Source: Guillardia theta CCMP2712
Taxonomy: Eukaryota > Protista > Cryptophyta
Direction of reading: 5' to 3'
DNA length: 64,000 nt
NCBI RefSeq assembly: GCF_000315625.1
Contig: NW_005434634.1
Coordinates: 148,531-212,530 of the forward strand
Shown here: one piece after another, positions 12,448-25,570 of the stretch
Layout of the letters: the number at the start of each line of letters is the position of its first letter
How positions within the stretch are numbered: the stretch's first letter is position 1
Translations under genes and position numbers: made by a program
Notes under the pieces: model-generated
The model's input: the letters and a program-made list of their open reading frames with translations, nothing else
What the model was told of the DNA's origin: nothing
The model's database searches: none

Positions 12448-13473
12448 TCATTGACCAGCGGAGGAACGAAAGGCCTCAATACCCCACTCACCACTTTCTC
12501 TTCTCCGACTAATCTCATACCCTATAGGAATATTTGAGGTCTGAATCTTCTTCTCCTCAAATCTATTGGATCTAAAGTCAACATCAACACGCCTCGTCCT
12601 GTTCAAAGGTATCGATGTTCTCGGTACTTGGGCACAGTTCAAGGCATGCCGAAAGTGCCTGCTCAACGTTTCGACAACTGTCGTTTAATGTTACAATACT
12701 ATCAATTCCCTACAGAACATTTCACTTCCTCTGTAGGAAGTTAACTACAACTAGGACTCGTACGTACATTCCCAACCGTGACACATTACACATCGGTAAG
12801 CCAACAGTTGTCATGATGCCCGAGGCAATGCAGGGTGGAGCTCGCCGCTATCCATTTCATATCATCAGAGCACGGACACAAGAAGGAAGAAGGCTCACCT
12901 GATTTCCTTGCACGCTGGTAGATCCGCTCCGACCTTACAGCCTCTGACTTGGTAAGACCGTAGCTAGAGAGACGAGGCCTGTCAAGAGTTGAGATGCTCC
13001 AAAGGAACAAAGAGTCAACAGGTATTAGCTCTTTTCTGATTGTTTCTGAGTATCATCAAAGGGAAAGTCACTCTCACGCTCTGAGAACATGTGAACAGAG
13101 TCGAGAGACTCCTGCAACCGCTGCGGTACATTTTCTGCTATGCACATTTTCGAAGGGTTTGGGAGATCATGATCAACGACAGCTAGTTTTCTTTCACTTT
13201 CTGAACCCATCCTCGTGTTGCAAACAAAAAAAAAAAAAAGACCACGAGAACCAATTGAATCACACACAAGAAACTGCTGCTTGCGAGATTCACGAAGAGA
13301 CATTCATGGAAGCAACCCGGCAGTCAGATGAGAAGGGAATCAAGAGAGGGTCGACATACAACGAGCACCATACGATCATAGTTAGAGTTCATGTCTCCAT
13401 GTCTCTTCTCTCACCAGGCCTTGTCGGCTCCTTTTGCCATCGCCATCTCAGCCTTCATCACTGATGCGAGCAT
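12448..13473 (-). CDS. Hypothetical multi-exon protein
   Basis: Short coding-like segments separated by GT-AG introns; no recognisable domain. Confidence 0.3.
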
Positions 13474-13611
13474 GGCGGCGAACCCTCCTTTACCCCCACC
13501 CCCTCATTCGACTGTGTTAAAAGACCCCTGTTTTTGTATACCCCAGTTTCTTTATAGAAAAGTACCGGTGTTTCACACTAATAACTCGCAACGATTCGTA
13601 TTGTTGCTGCC

Positions 13612-13790
13612 TGAAAAGATAGAAATGAATGGATAGGTTAGATTCTTGAAAAGATAGAAATGAATGGATAGAAATGAATGGATAGATTAGATTCTTGAAA
13701 AGATAGAAATGAATGGATAGAAATGAATGGATAGATTAGATTATTGAAGGAAGGAAGGAATGAATGAAGGAAGGAAGGAAGGAATGGAAG
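13612..13790. repeat. Purine-rich tandem repeat (GATAGAAATGAATG / GAAG units)
   Basis: Repeated GAAAAGATAGAAATGAATGGATAG blocks followed by (GAAG)n. Confidence 0.85.
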
Positions 13791-13883
13791 GGAAACGGGA
13801 AAGAAACCCATGATCATATGGCGATTTTTGCATAAAGCATTCATTGATTTCTTCTATGTCGACTGTCTTTCATCACGATTAGT

Positions 13884-16800
13884 TCATATCAAAGCTTGTT
13901 TCCCTTCATCAGCCCACTCTGCGTTGACTCGTTGTTTCAGCACACGAGAAGCATACATCTCCTGCTTCATGATTGCGTCCTGCAAGAGCTTCTCACATAC
14001 CATCTCTCCTCGAATCAGTAATCTCCTTACCATAGCACCAAGAAGGATTGCATCGTTGTCTCGTATCATGTTAACAGCTTTCCTCATCTCGTCCTCACTT
14101 ATCAGACTCATATTCTGAGAGCATACATCATCCATCAGAAAAGCAGCAACTCGAGAAAACAGGAGCTTACGAGCATGTGTGTCAGAGCTTGCAGCTTGTC
14201 ACTCTCTGCCTCTTCCGCTATGACAGGCGCATGGTCGTTGACTGCAACCTCCTCTTCCCCCTTGTCCATCAGATTATGAGAAATGCTGGCTACTCCTGTC
14301 TTCTTCCTGCATAAGAGTCCCACGGCGAACAAGATTATCTGTAACCCAACTCCCACGAGAGCGCACAGGATGGGCCCCCACTTGAGCCAGTACTGCAGTA
14401 TGCTCGTATCTGCCGTCCTCGTCAGCCAGTCATCGCACACAGACTCTTGCGAGGACCTGGAGGGGTGAAACTCGCTTTGATCGACACCGAAAGCTCGTCC
14501 TGAGTCAAGCCTGACACCCTCCTGCTCAGCTGAACCTCACGGCCTGCCCTACGAGCTGACAAGCTCACGCTGCTGGTCACCTGCGGGAGAATCTCAGTCA
14601 CCGACGCGTCTGCTCACGCTTCAAGTATCTCGTGCTACTCGTACCTTGAGGATACAAGCGTCCACCACGTTGGCATCGGGGAACAAATCTGCTCCTGTCA
14701 GCCCGGTGGTATCAAAGAAGCACTGCACGTAACTTCCGTTGTGCTTCACCTGCACCCCGATCGTCAACTCGTCAAGGCCACCGCTTGACAGCAGTGCGGC
14801 ACCTGCGTCGACACCAGCCCGTCGTTGAAGGGGAAGTAGGTGACTTGATAGAGCCCGAAGTAGGGGAGCCCAGTGAAGGAGGAGGTCGACTGACCGTCCG
14901 GCCCGATGGAGTAGTCGATGGTAATGCCGACGCTGTTCTCGATCTCTCCTCCTCCACAAGCGTCCTGGGCTCGAGGCCCAAACGTCTTGCAGATCTCGAA
15001 CTCGATGCTCTCTGTGCCCTGCGGGTACAGGGCTGGGCTTGCACGGATGTTGTTCCCGTACCTGTCGCGAGTCTGCACGTAGAGGGTAGAAGCTGATCCC
15101 GCCACGATGCTTCTGAGCTGCCCGTATACGTATGTCTTTGACACGTCAGCGGGAGCAGACTGCACCTCGAGGAGGAGGGGTGTGCCTGCCCCGACTACCC
15201 CCGCGAAGTTGATCTCGAGCAAGTAGCTGCCAGATCGGGTGATCCTGTACGAAGTCTCATAGCTGCCGTCCGTGTTGTCTGTGATCACGGCCGTCTGTGG
15301 TGAAGCTTCAGGGTCACGAGGAGCAGCCCTGGTCACGTCCCACAAGATCATGATTGCGCTCAGGCTGTCTCTGCCCGGTCGCCGGTTACCGAAGGCATCG
15401 AGGGCCGTGATCATGAAGGTCGAGACGATCCCGCACGTGGTGAGGGAGAGGAAGTTTCCTGCGGCGACCGATGAGTCCGGGGACGTAGAGCCCGGCAGGA
15501 CTGTCAGTGTGTAGGGGTTGGGGTTGGCTTTGCTGCCAAGCTGCTCGAACTCGTGAATCGAGTTTGACGGCTCTCTGTCATAGCCGGCGACCAGGTCCTG
15601 GAAGTCTGTACCGCCTCTGCCAACGAAGATGCTCAGCTTGTAGGTTCCGATCTTCACTGGCGTGTAAGCACAGCTATACATCCCGTTGCCCTGGCTGACA
15701 ACTGAAGGAGAGATGCTCGGGAGGTTTGTGCCTGAGATCTCAACGGTGAACTTTGCTCCCTCCGCTGGTTGTCCGAAGTTGTCCTACACATGTCGGCTAT
15801 CAGCTCCTTCTCACGCTACTCTCTTGCTGACCTGACACTGCAGGTAGAAGATGGTGTTGACTCCCGCTAGGGCCGAGGTAAGCGCCTGCCCTGTAGCGCT
15901 GCAGCTCTTGTAAAAGGCGTCGGTGAGCTGGAAGACGTAGAGATCTCCGTAATTCACGAAGCCTGTCATAGGGGTGTAGCCAGTGCCTCCCTGCTCTGAG
16001 TCATTGATGCAAAACAAAGCCAATGCACTCACGATGATGTACAAGTAGTAGTTTGTCAGGTCCAGCTCGATGCCAGCTCCGAAGCGTCCGGATGGACGCG
16101 AGCCAGGCACGTCCACCTGTCTCGATCCGTCATGAATCATCTTGCAGGATGCTCCTGCTGACGTCACCTCCGCCCACGGCAATGTGGTGAGACAGCTCCC
16201 AGTAGACAGGCAGGCAAGGTCAAGGTCAGTAAGGTCCAGGTACCTGCCAGCCACGGTGAGGTGAAGCATCGGCGACGGAGGCAGACCAGAGGTCGTCGAG
16301 CACAGACGCCGAGGTGCTGCTAGCTCCATCGAGGTAGTCCAAGATGACCGAGCGACTGCAGCCGCCCGATCCTGCACACGTGATCCCCCCAAATACAAGG
16401 AGACGGCCGTTGACGCTCCCGGTGTTGCCCATTAGAGCGATTGCAGCGTCTCTTCGCTCCTTGGGACAGGCTCCGCCGCTTGTGTCGCAGCTGGTCATCA
16501 GCTTGACAAACAGAGCGTCGTCGGATGTGAAGTACGCGGTGTGAACCTCGTTGCTCAGGCTGCCACTCCCAGGTGTGATACCTCCATCGGCCATATTTAC
16601 CAGGTCGCTTGTCTCTCCTCCGAAGGTCATGTAGATGATGTTCTGCAAACAAAGAGCGAGTCAGGACCTGCATGAGAGCCTCCAACAATGTCACTGAGAG
16701 GAAGACAAGGCAAACTCACGGTCCCTCTGAAAGAAAAAGCGACAGATCGATGGCCGTGACGGATGTTGGGCAAGGAGCAGGAATAGCCAGTGGAGCATTG

Positions 16801-19800
16801 TTCGCTGCTTGATTGATCGCCGTAGCAGTACCTCGTGTCGCCGTAGTCGTATGTCTCGATCTCCCCAAAATTCAAATCTTCTGCCATACCCTGGCAAACT
16901 CCGCGCACACATTCTATTCATTTACACGTCAGCGTCAGCTCCGCTCACCACAGGAATTGGTTTGTCCTTACTTGTATTCTGATGACTCTTACAGCTGCTT
17001 GTTCCAACGTACTCATACAAGTTGAACATGTAATCTTTGACCCCATCCAACACATACCCTTTCATGGTCTCAAAGCTGATGTCACTTTCTTTTCCATTGT
17101 CGTCTGCGAACACAAGCTTTGACAAGATCTCTTTGGACGAGAGTGGTGCTTGACTTGGAACATAGTCGACAGCATTCAAGGTGGATGCTAGCCTTATGTT
17201 GCCTTCTGCAACAGATGGAAACAGAAAATATTTCAGTGAGAACACTTGTTCTGAGGCCGCTGCAAAAGAGAGGATCACAGATAGATTCCGATCAGGATTG
17301 TCCTTCACTGTGATATCACTGTATATCCCTGCAAGAACTTGTTCGTTGAAGAAGACAGCAAACTTAGGATCCTCATTCACGAGAACAGGGTACTTGAACA
17401 GAACCTTCAAGTCATCGATAACACTTGGAGTCAAGTCTGCCGAAGTCACACCATCAAAGATGATCTTCACCATGATTCCTGAGCTCATGGTTGTAATATC
17501 CATGAGCCACATGTCCGACAACCCTCTTCCAGTGTTTCCAACGCCTCCATGGACAAGGATCGAGTCTATTCCCGGCAGGAAGACTCCGTTGAGGATACTG
17601 TGCATACATCGACCAGGAAAGCTCTGCCCTATCTTTGGTCGAGCTCCCATCCATGAGGTTGGATCGGCTGATGTCACGTCTTCGGACATGTACACGTTCC
17701 CTGTTGACCTCACTTGAAACTCTTGGTCATCGCTGCTCCCTGGAGCAAACGTGGTGCCTCTCAAGTATCCTCGCTGGATGCCTCCATGAGACGACATGAT
17801 CTTGCCTTGAACCCCCGTTGCCGTGAAGGAGGTGAAGGCAGAGAAGGAGGAGGGATCAGGCGACTTGCTGCTCGCCTTGCTCGCATGGACCATCTTCCAA
17901 TTCTGAGTAGCGAGGTCGAGCTTCCACAGGTCTGCGATGGGGCCGCCGCCTTGCATCCCTCCATACATGAGTAACGTCTTGGAGTCTGGCTTGGCGAGGC
18001 CCTGGAAGCCCCTTGGAGGGGGGCTGACTCCATAGTTGGGTACCCCGGAGAGTCCCAGCTCGGGATCAGCAGCAAAAAGGTCGTAAATAAAGACGGCGCT
18101 TGACAAGGAGTTGGCAACAAAACCTCCGAAGATGATAGCAGCTGAGCTATTGACCACCACAGAGTGACCCGTCATCTCATACGCGGTCGAGATTGAGCTC
18201 TGCACGGTTGTGCCAGCACTATACTCGACCTCGCTGATGGCAAGCTTGCCTACTGTGTAAGGAGGAATCTCCTGCTGCATTAGCTGGAGCGAGTTGTAGC
18301 TCTGCTCCGATCCTCCCACGACCAGCACCTTGAAACTGTCGGTCCCGATCGTGACCATGGACATCGCGACCAGACCGGGAAGAGATGGGCTCAGCTCAAT
18401 CATCCGCATCGCGTTCAACCCGAGAAGAACCTTCTCGAGGTCCAACTCCCACAAGTCACTCAAGGGTGCTGTCAAGTGTGTGCAGACTGTCTTGCCGTTG
18501 ACCGTCGAGGTCGCGGCACATCCGAATCCTCCGAACACGAGGATGATGTTGCCGCTGGTGACTGCCGAAGCATGTCCAAACCTTGCAGGAAGCCACCCAG
18601 ACGTTGTTGAAGATCCAGAGCACGAGGCAGATCCTGTGGGGCAGTACTGCTTCCAACCCATGCGGGTCGCCACAGGATCGTTGGAGGCTTCAAGGTCCTT
18701 GAAATACTGATCTAACGCCTCCTTGGACTTGTGCATCGGTCGGGTAGTGGTTGACAAGGAGGGCATGCGAGAGGTAACACCTCCTCCCAGCAGCGCTTTC
18801 ACGCCCGAGCTGTTCGGAGCAGAGGCCAGGCATATCCTCTCTCCACAAGCCTTGCCGGCACCATCTAGGATGCAGCACGGGGGGGTGGAGATGGCTGCGT
18901 AAACCGCGTTGGGGCTAAGCTGAGTCGTCGAGACTGTGACAGCAGCGAGCGACGCCATGCTCACCTCATCGTCAGGCGTCCACAAGCGAGACTGAGAGTC
19001 GTAGCGGTACATGCCGGTCATGCCTCTGAGGCAGATGTTGAGAGTCTTGTCGCTGGTCACGAAACATCCACCTGCCTTTCTCCTCCGCGTGTCGTCGATG
19101 TTGATGGTCAAACTTCCTTCGAGCCCGGTAACGGTCGTGTCGCTGGTGGTCTTGAGGCAAGTGCCTTCTACCCCAGCAAGACTCGCGGCTTGTGGGAGTC
19201 TGCTGGTCATCTCAAGGGTGACCCCTCCGAATCTATCCTCGTCCACTGAGGCCACGGTCACCAATCCATCACTTCCATCGGGGATGATGGCGGATATGCT
19301 AACTTGCCCCACGGTGAGAGTGGATCCCATTGATGACGTGTAGGAGACAGTCGTCTCTTGTCCTGCGATCAGCTTCTGCTGGTTGAAGGTGAAGAATCCT
19401 GCAGCCGACGTGAGGCTGATGGAGGGAGGAACAGCGTTCTTTGCACAGGCAGTTGCGGTGACAGTCGGAGGAAGCTGAGTCATTTGACCATTTTCAAGAG
19501 AGAAGGACAAGTCGAGGTAAGGACCAGCAGACTCTAGCATAGAGATGTAGTATATGCTGCTGGTCAGAGTGAACTTGAGCGTTCCTGTATCCTTGTTCCA
19601 GTCTGCCAGTCCTGCTTCCAATGTGTAGGGGCCTGTCTGAACCGAAACAACAGAACATGATTGCAACGAGGAACAGCCGATATTGAACCCCTGACCCGAC
19701 CACAGACAATTGCTGGGACTTGAACCCTCACAAGCAACTTGGATCAGTCCGCTCTCTGTGTTCGATCCGGTTAAACCTGTTATGGATATGACCACGGGGT

Positions 19801-22800
19801 TGGTGTAGGATGCAGACACGGGTTCTATTGAGTCGGGATTGAAGTTTTCGATGGTAATACGAAGGTGAAGCGTGTTGGCCGCACCCACGATTTTGCTGGT
19901 TTCGCTTCCTTGAAGAGAGTAGTCGAACTGGTTTGAGCAGACGCATCCCGTGCTTGAGGGCGAGGGGTTGAAGTTCTGTATGCACGTGCACTGTTCGCTG
20001 CAGCCTCCAAGCCCATTCGAACTTCCCGTGTCGCATTCCTCCACAACCCCTGAATCCATGCCGTAGGAGGCGGGTATGTTGGTGTCCGACACTTCGATCC
20101 CATCTCCACAGATGTGGGGGAGAGAGTCTTGCGTGATGGTCACATCATAACACTCCCACAGGTCCTGTTCAAGGTTTCTGATCGCCTCCTCTACTTGTAG
20201 TTTGACGATCTTGTAATCGAACACATCCGAAACGGAAACGAAGATATCCCAGGTGAAGATTGGTGGCTCTAAATTAGTATTGACGCTGCTATCGATGCAA
20301 GTGAGCGACAGATTTTGAAAGTAAGTGTCAATGCTGGGATCAGATCCAGAGCATGAAGGGGTTGGAGGCATTGCAGGTGATACAGAGACAGAAAGGTACA
20401 TGAATGAGTCTTGCAGGGAACATGTCGCTGCTCGAAGAAGATTCGAAGAGTTGTTGTTCAAGAAGGGCTTGCTTCTCAACTGACTTCCCTGTCTCCCTCT
20501 AGTAGCCCTGCGTGTCTGTGTTTGTTGAGTCTTGTCTTGGCTAAGAAGAATCTGATTTGTTGACTCCATAGCTGGTACAGCTGCCGATCTCAAGGATCCC
20601 ATGCAGCACTTTCCGATGTTGCAGTCTGTCGTGCTACCGACACACTTGAATGCATTCGAAGTATAGCTCCACTCCCATGCCGTACAGCATGTCAGCCTTT
20701 GTTCACATTGTAAATCAGTGTTGGTGAAGACCTGCTCGTTACTGTTCGAGCAAGCTTCTGGGCAAGAAGCCACTTCAGTGTACTTGTTGTCTTGCACTTT
20801 ACCACCATAGACGCTGGTTTGATCATTCGCATTGTAGCAGGAGCATTCCCACTCCTCACAGTAATTGTCTGGGCACCAGGCCCCGGCTATCTCTTGAGCG
20901 TCCGGAGGGCAGTCCATGCCAGAGCTGCATGCGTATGCGTCGCCGGTCTCGATGACAAACATGCTTGCTGAACACTTACTGCACGACCTGGTTAACCCAG
21001 CTGGACATTCACATTGCTGGACGGTACGAGGACAGTCAACAGCGTTCCGACACTGACAAAACCCATTGGTCGCATAATCATTCAGGAGAGTTGTGTCTGT
21101 CCAGTCTTGAGAGGCCAGACAATCGATATCAAACTGCGAGCATCCGTTGGCAGTGCAAGAGCTTGCATCTTTGCAGCCATCGCAAGTTGCAACGAGAGGT
21201 GATACCCTCTCCCACTCAGCGCATGTTTGGCCTGCACCTGACCAGCACTCGCACTGGTCAGGTCCACCTGTCCCTTCGTTCACAATCTTGCCGCTTGAAA
21301 ACTCTTTGGAGTTCAGCTCGAGGTTCACCACCAAATCTCCGGCATACTCCGCCTGCACTGAGTCTGAGAACATGTTGACGTAGATTGGCTGGGCCACGTG
21401 CCAGATGCGAACGTCTTTCTCCTGCACTCACCCGCACCTCGTCAGTAACTCGGAGCAACAAACGGGTCATCGTTTACTTGCAAGGATGAGTTTGTCCTGG
21501 GGTCTCTTGCTGTGGGTGATCGTCCCCCGTCTCTCAGCTTGGGAAAGAGAAACCCGTAGGGGTTGCAGCGCGTGGGATCACTCTTAGGAGGACAGGACGG
21601 CCACCACACTCTGATTCGATCGATGCTCCCCTCAAAATTTTGATATCCGCTCGCTTCGACCGACGGGCTGTTGCCTCCGATGTACAGGCTGGTGATCCCT
21701 GTAGTCAACCTGAGATTTTCCTTGATGTTGATGCTTGCGAAACCAGCCCCGTACTCCTGCACTGTATCCGCATCTATGAACATAAACGCCTGCGCGATCA
21801 CGGCGTCTGGATCGTAGTCGGAGGGCGAGTAGACTCTGCCAAATCTCATGGTGAAGCACACATGATGCCACTGGCCGATGAGCTGCTGCTCGATCGGGCC
21901 CCATCTCTTCACTTCCTTCTGTGCCTGTCAAGGCTGCATCATTCTCATAGAAGCAACAAGTCGAGCGTTCTTCGCAGCACCTTGCCAGGCTTGAACAAAA
22001 GTACGCAGAACAAATTGCTGTCAATACTCTCAAAGTACCATCGAAGTATCGGCGTTTCTTGGTAGTATATGTCGAACAGAATCGTTTTGGTCCTCACTCG
22101 AGTATTCAGCAAAGTCCAGGCTTCTAGCCACAACGTAGAAAGAACAATCTTTTCAGAAGTCCTTGAATGAACCTCATTAGCCCCTCGAAGCAAATACCTA
22201 TTCATGAGACATACCAGGACGGAAGCTGGACTGAAATGATGTCGTCGATTCCGTCGAAGACTGCCATGGTGTCGGCAGTGTCGGTTTCCTTGATACCCGC
22301 CTTCATGTCAGCAAAGTTGAAAGTTTCACTCGCAAGGCCTGTTAAGGCTTACCTTCCTTGCAACATCTATGAACCAGATGTCCTTCATCGGTTGCGGCAC
22401 CGCACATGTCGGGTTGTCCCTCATGCAGTCCATCTGAGCTCCGCCAATCAACACCACCGCATCTATGAGGTTTCCTACGTGACCGGCGTATACCATGCTG
22501 CCAAATGCTCGACTGTCTGGGGTCAACGCACTCTGAATGGCCGTCCACTTGTAAGAGATCAGGTCCAGCTGCCACAAGTCCTTTGCCGAGGAGAAGATCT
22601 CTCGCTTGCCCTGACGGTCCGGGCATTCCTCAAGGCTACCCATGATCCCTCCAAAGTAAAACGCCACCATCCTCACCCTTACCGACGCCGCATGCGCGCG
22701 ACTTCCCGGCCCTCCAGCTCTGCTGGAAGGGAATCTACAACCTGGTTGACTCCCTTGGATGCACGTCCAGCTGAAGAGCGACAGGTCGAAGACCCAGACA

Positions 22801-24326
22801 TCTCCCAAGAGCTCAGGTCCCACACCAAGACCGAAGGCGATCAACATCTGGTAAGCGGCGTTGTCGTAGACTGTAGAATGACCGCTTCTTGCTTTAGGAT
22901 GAGTCCCTGAGGCCAGAACTACACGGCAGTCAGCCCGACAATGGTTGAACGGGACCTTACCTTTGCTCCAGCCCGACACCGGTTTGAAGGCTCCCAGGTA
23001 CCCTGACGCACTTCCGTCCGACCCGATGCCTCCAAACGCCAACGCCAGGGTGTCAGACACGGCAGCGATGGACAAGTGCGATGCTAGTGGAGCAGCATCC
23101 GAGGCACTATATCGAGCCCAGGAGGACGTCAAGATGTCAAACATCCATGTGTCCGACAAAGCCTGCTTGAAGTCAGCTGAGTATCTACGTCGTGTCATGA
23201 ACTTGCCGATGAGGCTCCAGAGCCTCCTGGCCCTTGACCGCCATGGATGTACACCTTGTACCCAACCAGCCACATGGCGTGAAAGGCTCTCATTGTTGGT
23301 CGTTCTGTGATTGGCGACACCTTCTTCCACGCGCTCATCGTCGTGTTGGTGAACTCGTTGAGTGCCCACAGGTCACTCTGAGCCGTTGTACCTCTTCCAT
23401 CGAAGGCATAGCCTCCATGTATGTACAGCGTCTGGGTGCTCGAGTAGATGACAGATCCATGCCCGTACCGTGGAAGCGGAGACACTGAGCTGGTTGCAGG
23501 GGAGCAGGAATTCCACTCATACTTGCTGGAGGTGGAGATGGAGGTAGTGCTGGTCTTGATGTACCAGCAATCCTTACTGAGGCTCATGGATTCGATGACC
23601 ATACCTCCGAAGATCGCAATTGTGCCTGCCTCTACATCATATGCCATGCTATGACCCCACCTGTGCCGAGGGCCCGAGCTCGAGGTCAGCAGAGGGGTCC
23701 AACTTGCGACTGGATGCACAGACATCCACCAGCAGTCAAGCAAGCTCCCTCCTTCGAATGTCGCGACAGAGGAGGCCATGGCGGAGTACCCACCGCACAT
23801 TAGTGCGACTGATTGTGTGACCACCATGCGATGACCTGCTCGCGGGCCAGGCAAGCGCGAGTTGAGGGTCCTTGTCTTGCAATCCATGGAGGTGAACTTT
23901 AGGTTTGCAGCGAAGGTGACCTCATCCCATGTCTTTGCCGAAGAGTCATACATCCACACGTCTGCCATCACTGTTACTCCAGTGCTGTTGCTTCTGGCCC
24001 TGCAGGACACAAAGTATTATGGTTCGATGGGTTCGAGTCATGGTCGCGCGCAAGGAAATGCTCACCCGCCGTAAACGACGATGGTTCCTTGAAGGTTTCG
24101 GAAGCTCACTGTTGCATGGCTGTGGCGGGTCGTAGGGCTCCTTCCTACAGGATCCACGAGCTCCCACTGCAAGGCTGAAGCAACAGCGACATGATGAGTT
24201 TCAAGAACAGACAATCACTTTATTCTTACGGGTTGCGTGCAAGCATTGGAGGGAGACAAGACAGATGAAGCAAAGACAGATCCTGGAAGAGCGCCTAGTC
24301 GTCATGAGAGCGCGTGGATGGGACAT
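13884..24326 (-). CDS. Giant cell-surface protein: signal peptide, Kelch/galactose-oxidase repeats, LamG-like domain, Cys-rich region, more Kelch repeats, filamin/Ig repeats, C-terminal TM (possibly two genes)
   Basis: Many GH..(x)..FGG..(x)..DLW Kelch blades; WHHV..LYIGG..FEGSIDRIRVW (LamG); DAFGN / DNTDGSY / TRDRYGN filamin motifs; TM WGPILCALVGVGLQIILFAVGLLC; 1501-aa exon at 16922-21427. Confidence 0.8.
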
Positions 24327-24625
24327 CGCCGACCCTTGTTCACTGCATCACCGCGGTCGAAGTCAAAATGCTTTGCTCCTGCGCCCCGTGACCCACCCCC
24401 AACATGGCACCCGTCCCTTTCATACGCAGGACCACCCCCTTCCCCTTATCCCAATGCCAGTCAAGTAGGCATTAAAGCTTTTAGTTAGTAAATTTGTTTG
24501 AGGTACTACAGATGACTAAACTTTCAATATCTATTGGTACTAATGACACGGAATTGCGTCCCAGTGCCAATGACTATGAGGCCCTGACACTGCTTTTAAT
24601 AACTAGTTTTTAGCTCCTGATCATC

Positions 24626-25069
24626 GATCGTCCTCGTACTGATCTTTAACTTAACTTTGAGTAAACTCTCATAAGTTCAAGCCTCATCTACTAGCGGCCG
24701 GTCGGATCCCGATTGTCCTCGTACTGATTTTTAAGTTAACTTTGAGTAAACACTAATCTTTCGGGGACACAAATTGAAGACCGAATGACCAAGTCACGAG
24801 AAAGTTTTAACATCATACTTCTATTCATCATGTTGTAATATGGAAATGTGATTCCGGTCTCCTCGCTAGAGTCAAAGATGGCGATGGAAGCATGTTGAGT
24901 GTGTTCAACACTTCATTCGATTACATTTTCATATAGTATGGACTGATACTATATCGGGGGCCTCTGAGTCTACTCTCCTGGCATGACTCATTGTATGAGT
25001 CCTGATTGTTCGTACTGGTTTTTAAAACTTTGAGTAAAGAGATTATTTTCAACTTAACTTTGAGTAAAC
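24626..25069 (+). repeat. Cluster of four copies (two degenerate) of the dispersed ~40-bp intergenic motif
   Basis: TCCTCGTACTGAT(C/T)TTTAA(C/G)TTAACTTTGAGTAAAC at 24626-24666 and 24711-24751; partial copies at 25002-25038 and 25051-25069. Confidence 0.85.
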
Positions 25070-25570
25070 GGAGGGCCGGGCCGCATCCCGAGTCCCGGAG
25101 TCCGATGGGCGCCTCATCAGTGCCGGGCACCAGATTCCTGAGGCGGACTGGGATCCTTGTTTTGTTCTTTCTTCGGCCGGTCGCATCGCACGAGCCGCGA
25201 CATGCTGGAAAGCAACCATGTCAGGTTTTGGGAGAAGGCTTTAAGATGGAGCTGAAGACCACAAGAAATATGCTCGCTGGGCTTTTCTAGGCTTCTTGTT
25301 GCATTCCATGTCGATGAGGTGAGCGATCAATTGTGTCTTGCTTGCTTTCCTTGTCCACCGCTATCAAATGAGCCCCTTCTTCCTCGCGTCTTGGATCATA
25401 GGGTTTGCAGCATAGCGAGATGCATTCGTGTGCATCAGGTGACAGCCGTATCAGTCGGCTGCTCATTTAAAGACATACGAAACATTCCCTCCTCTCATCT
25501 CTTTTCCGGCTCATTCGAGGCCTGTCTTTGATTTTGTCGTTTTAGGCCATTCTTGGTCTTGTTCGGCTGG

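Noticed and set aside
24626-25069. CRISPR-like array of ~40-bp repeats with spacers
   Set aside because: Spacing is irregular (about 44, 250 and 12 nt), copies degenerate, no cas genes, eukaryotic context
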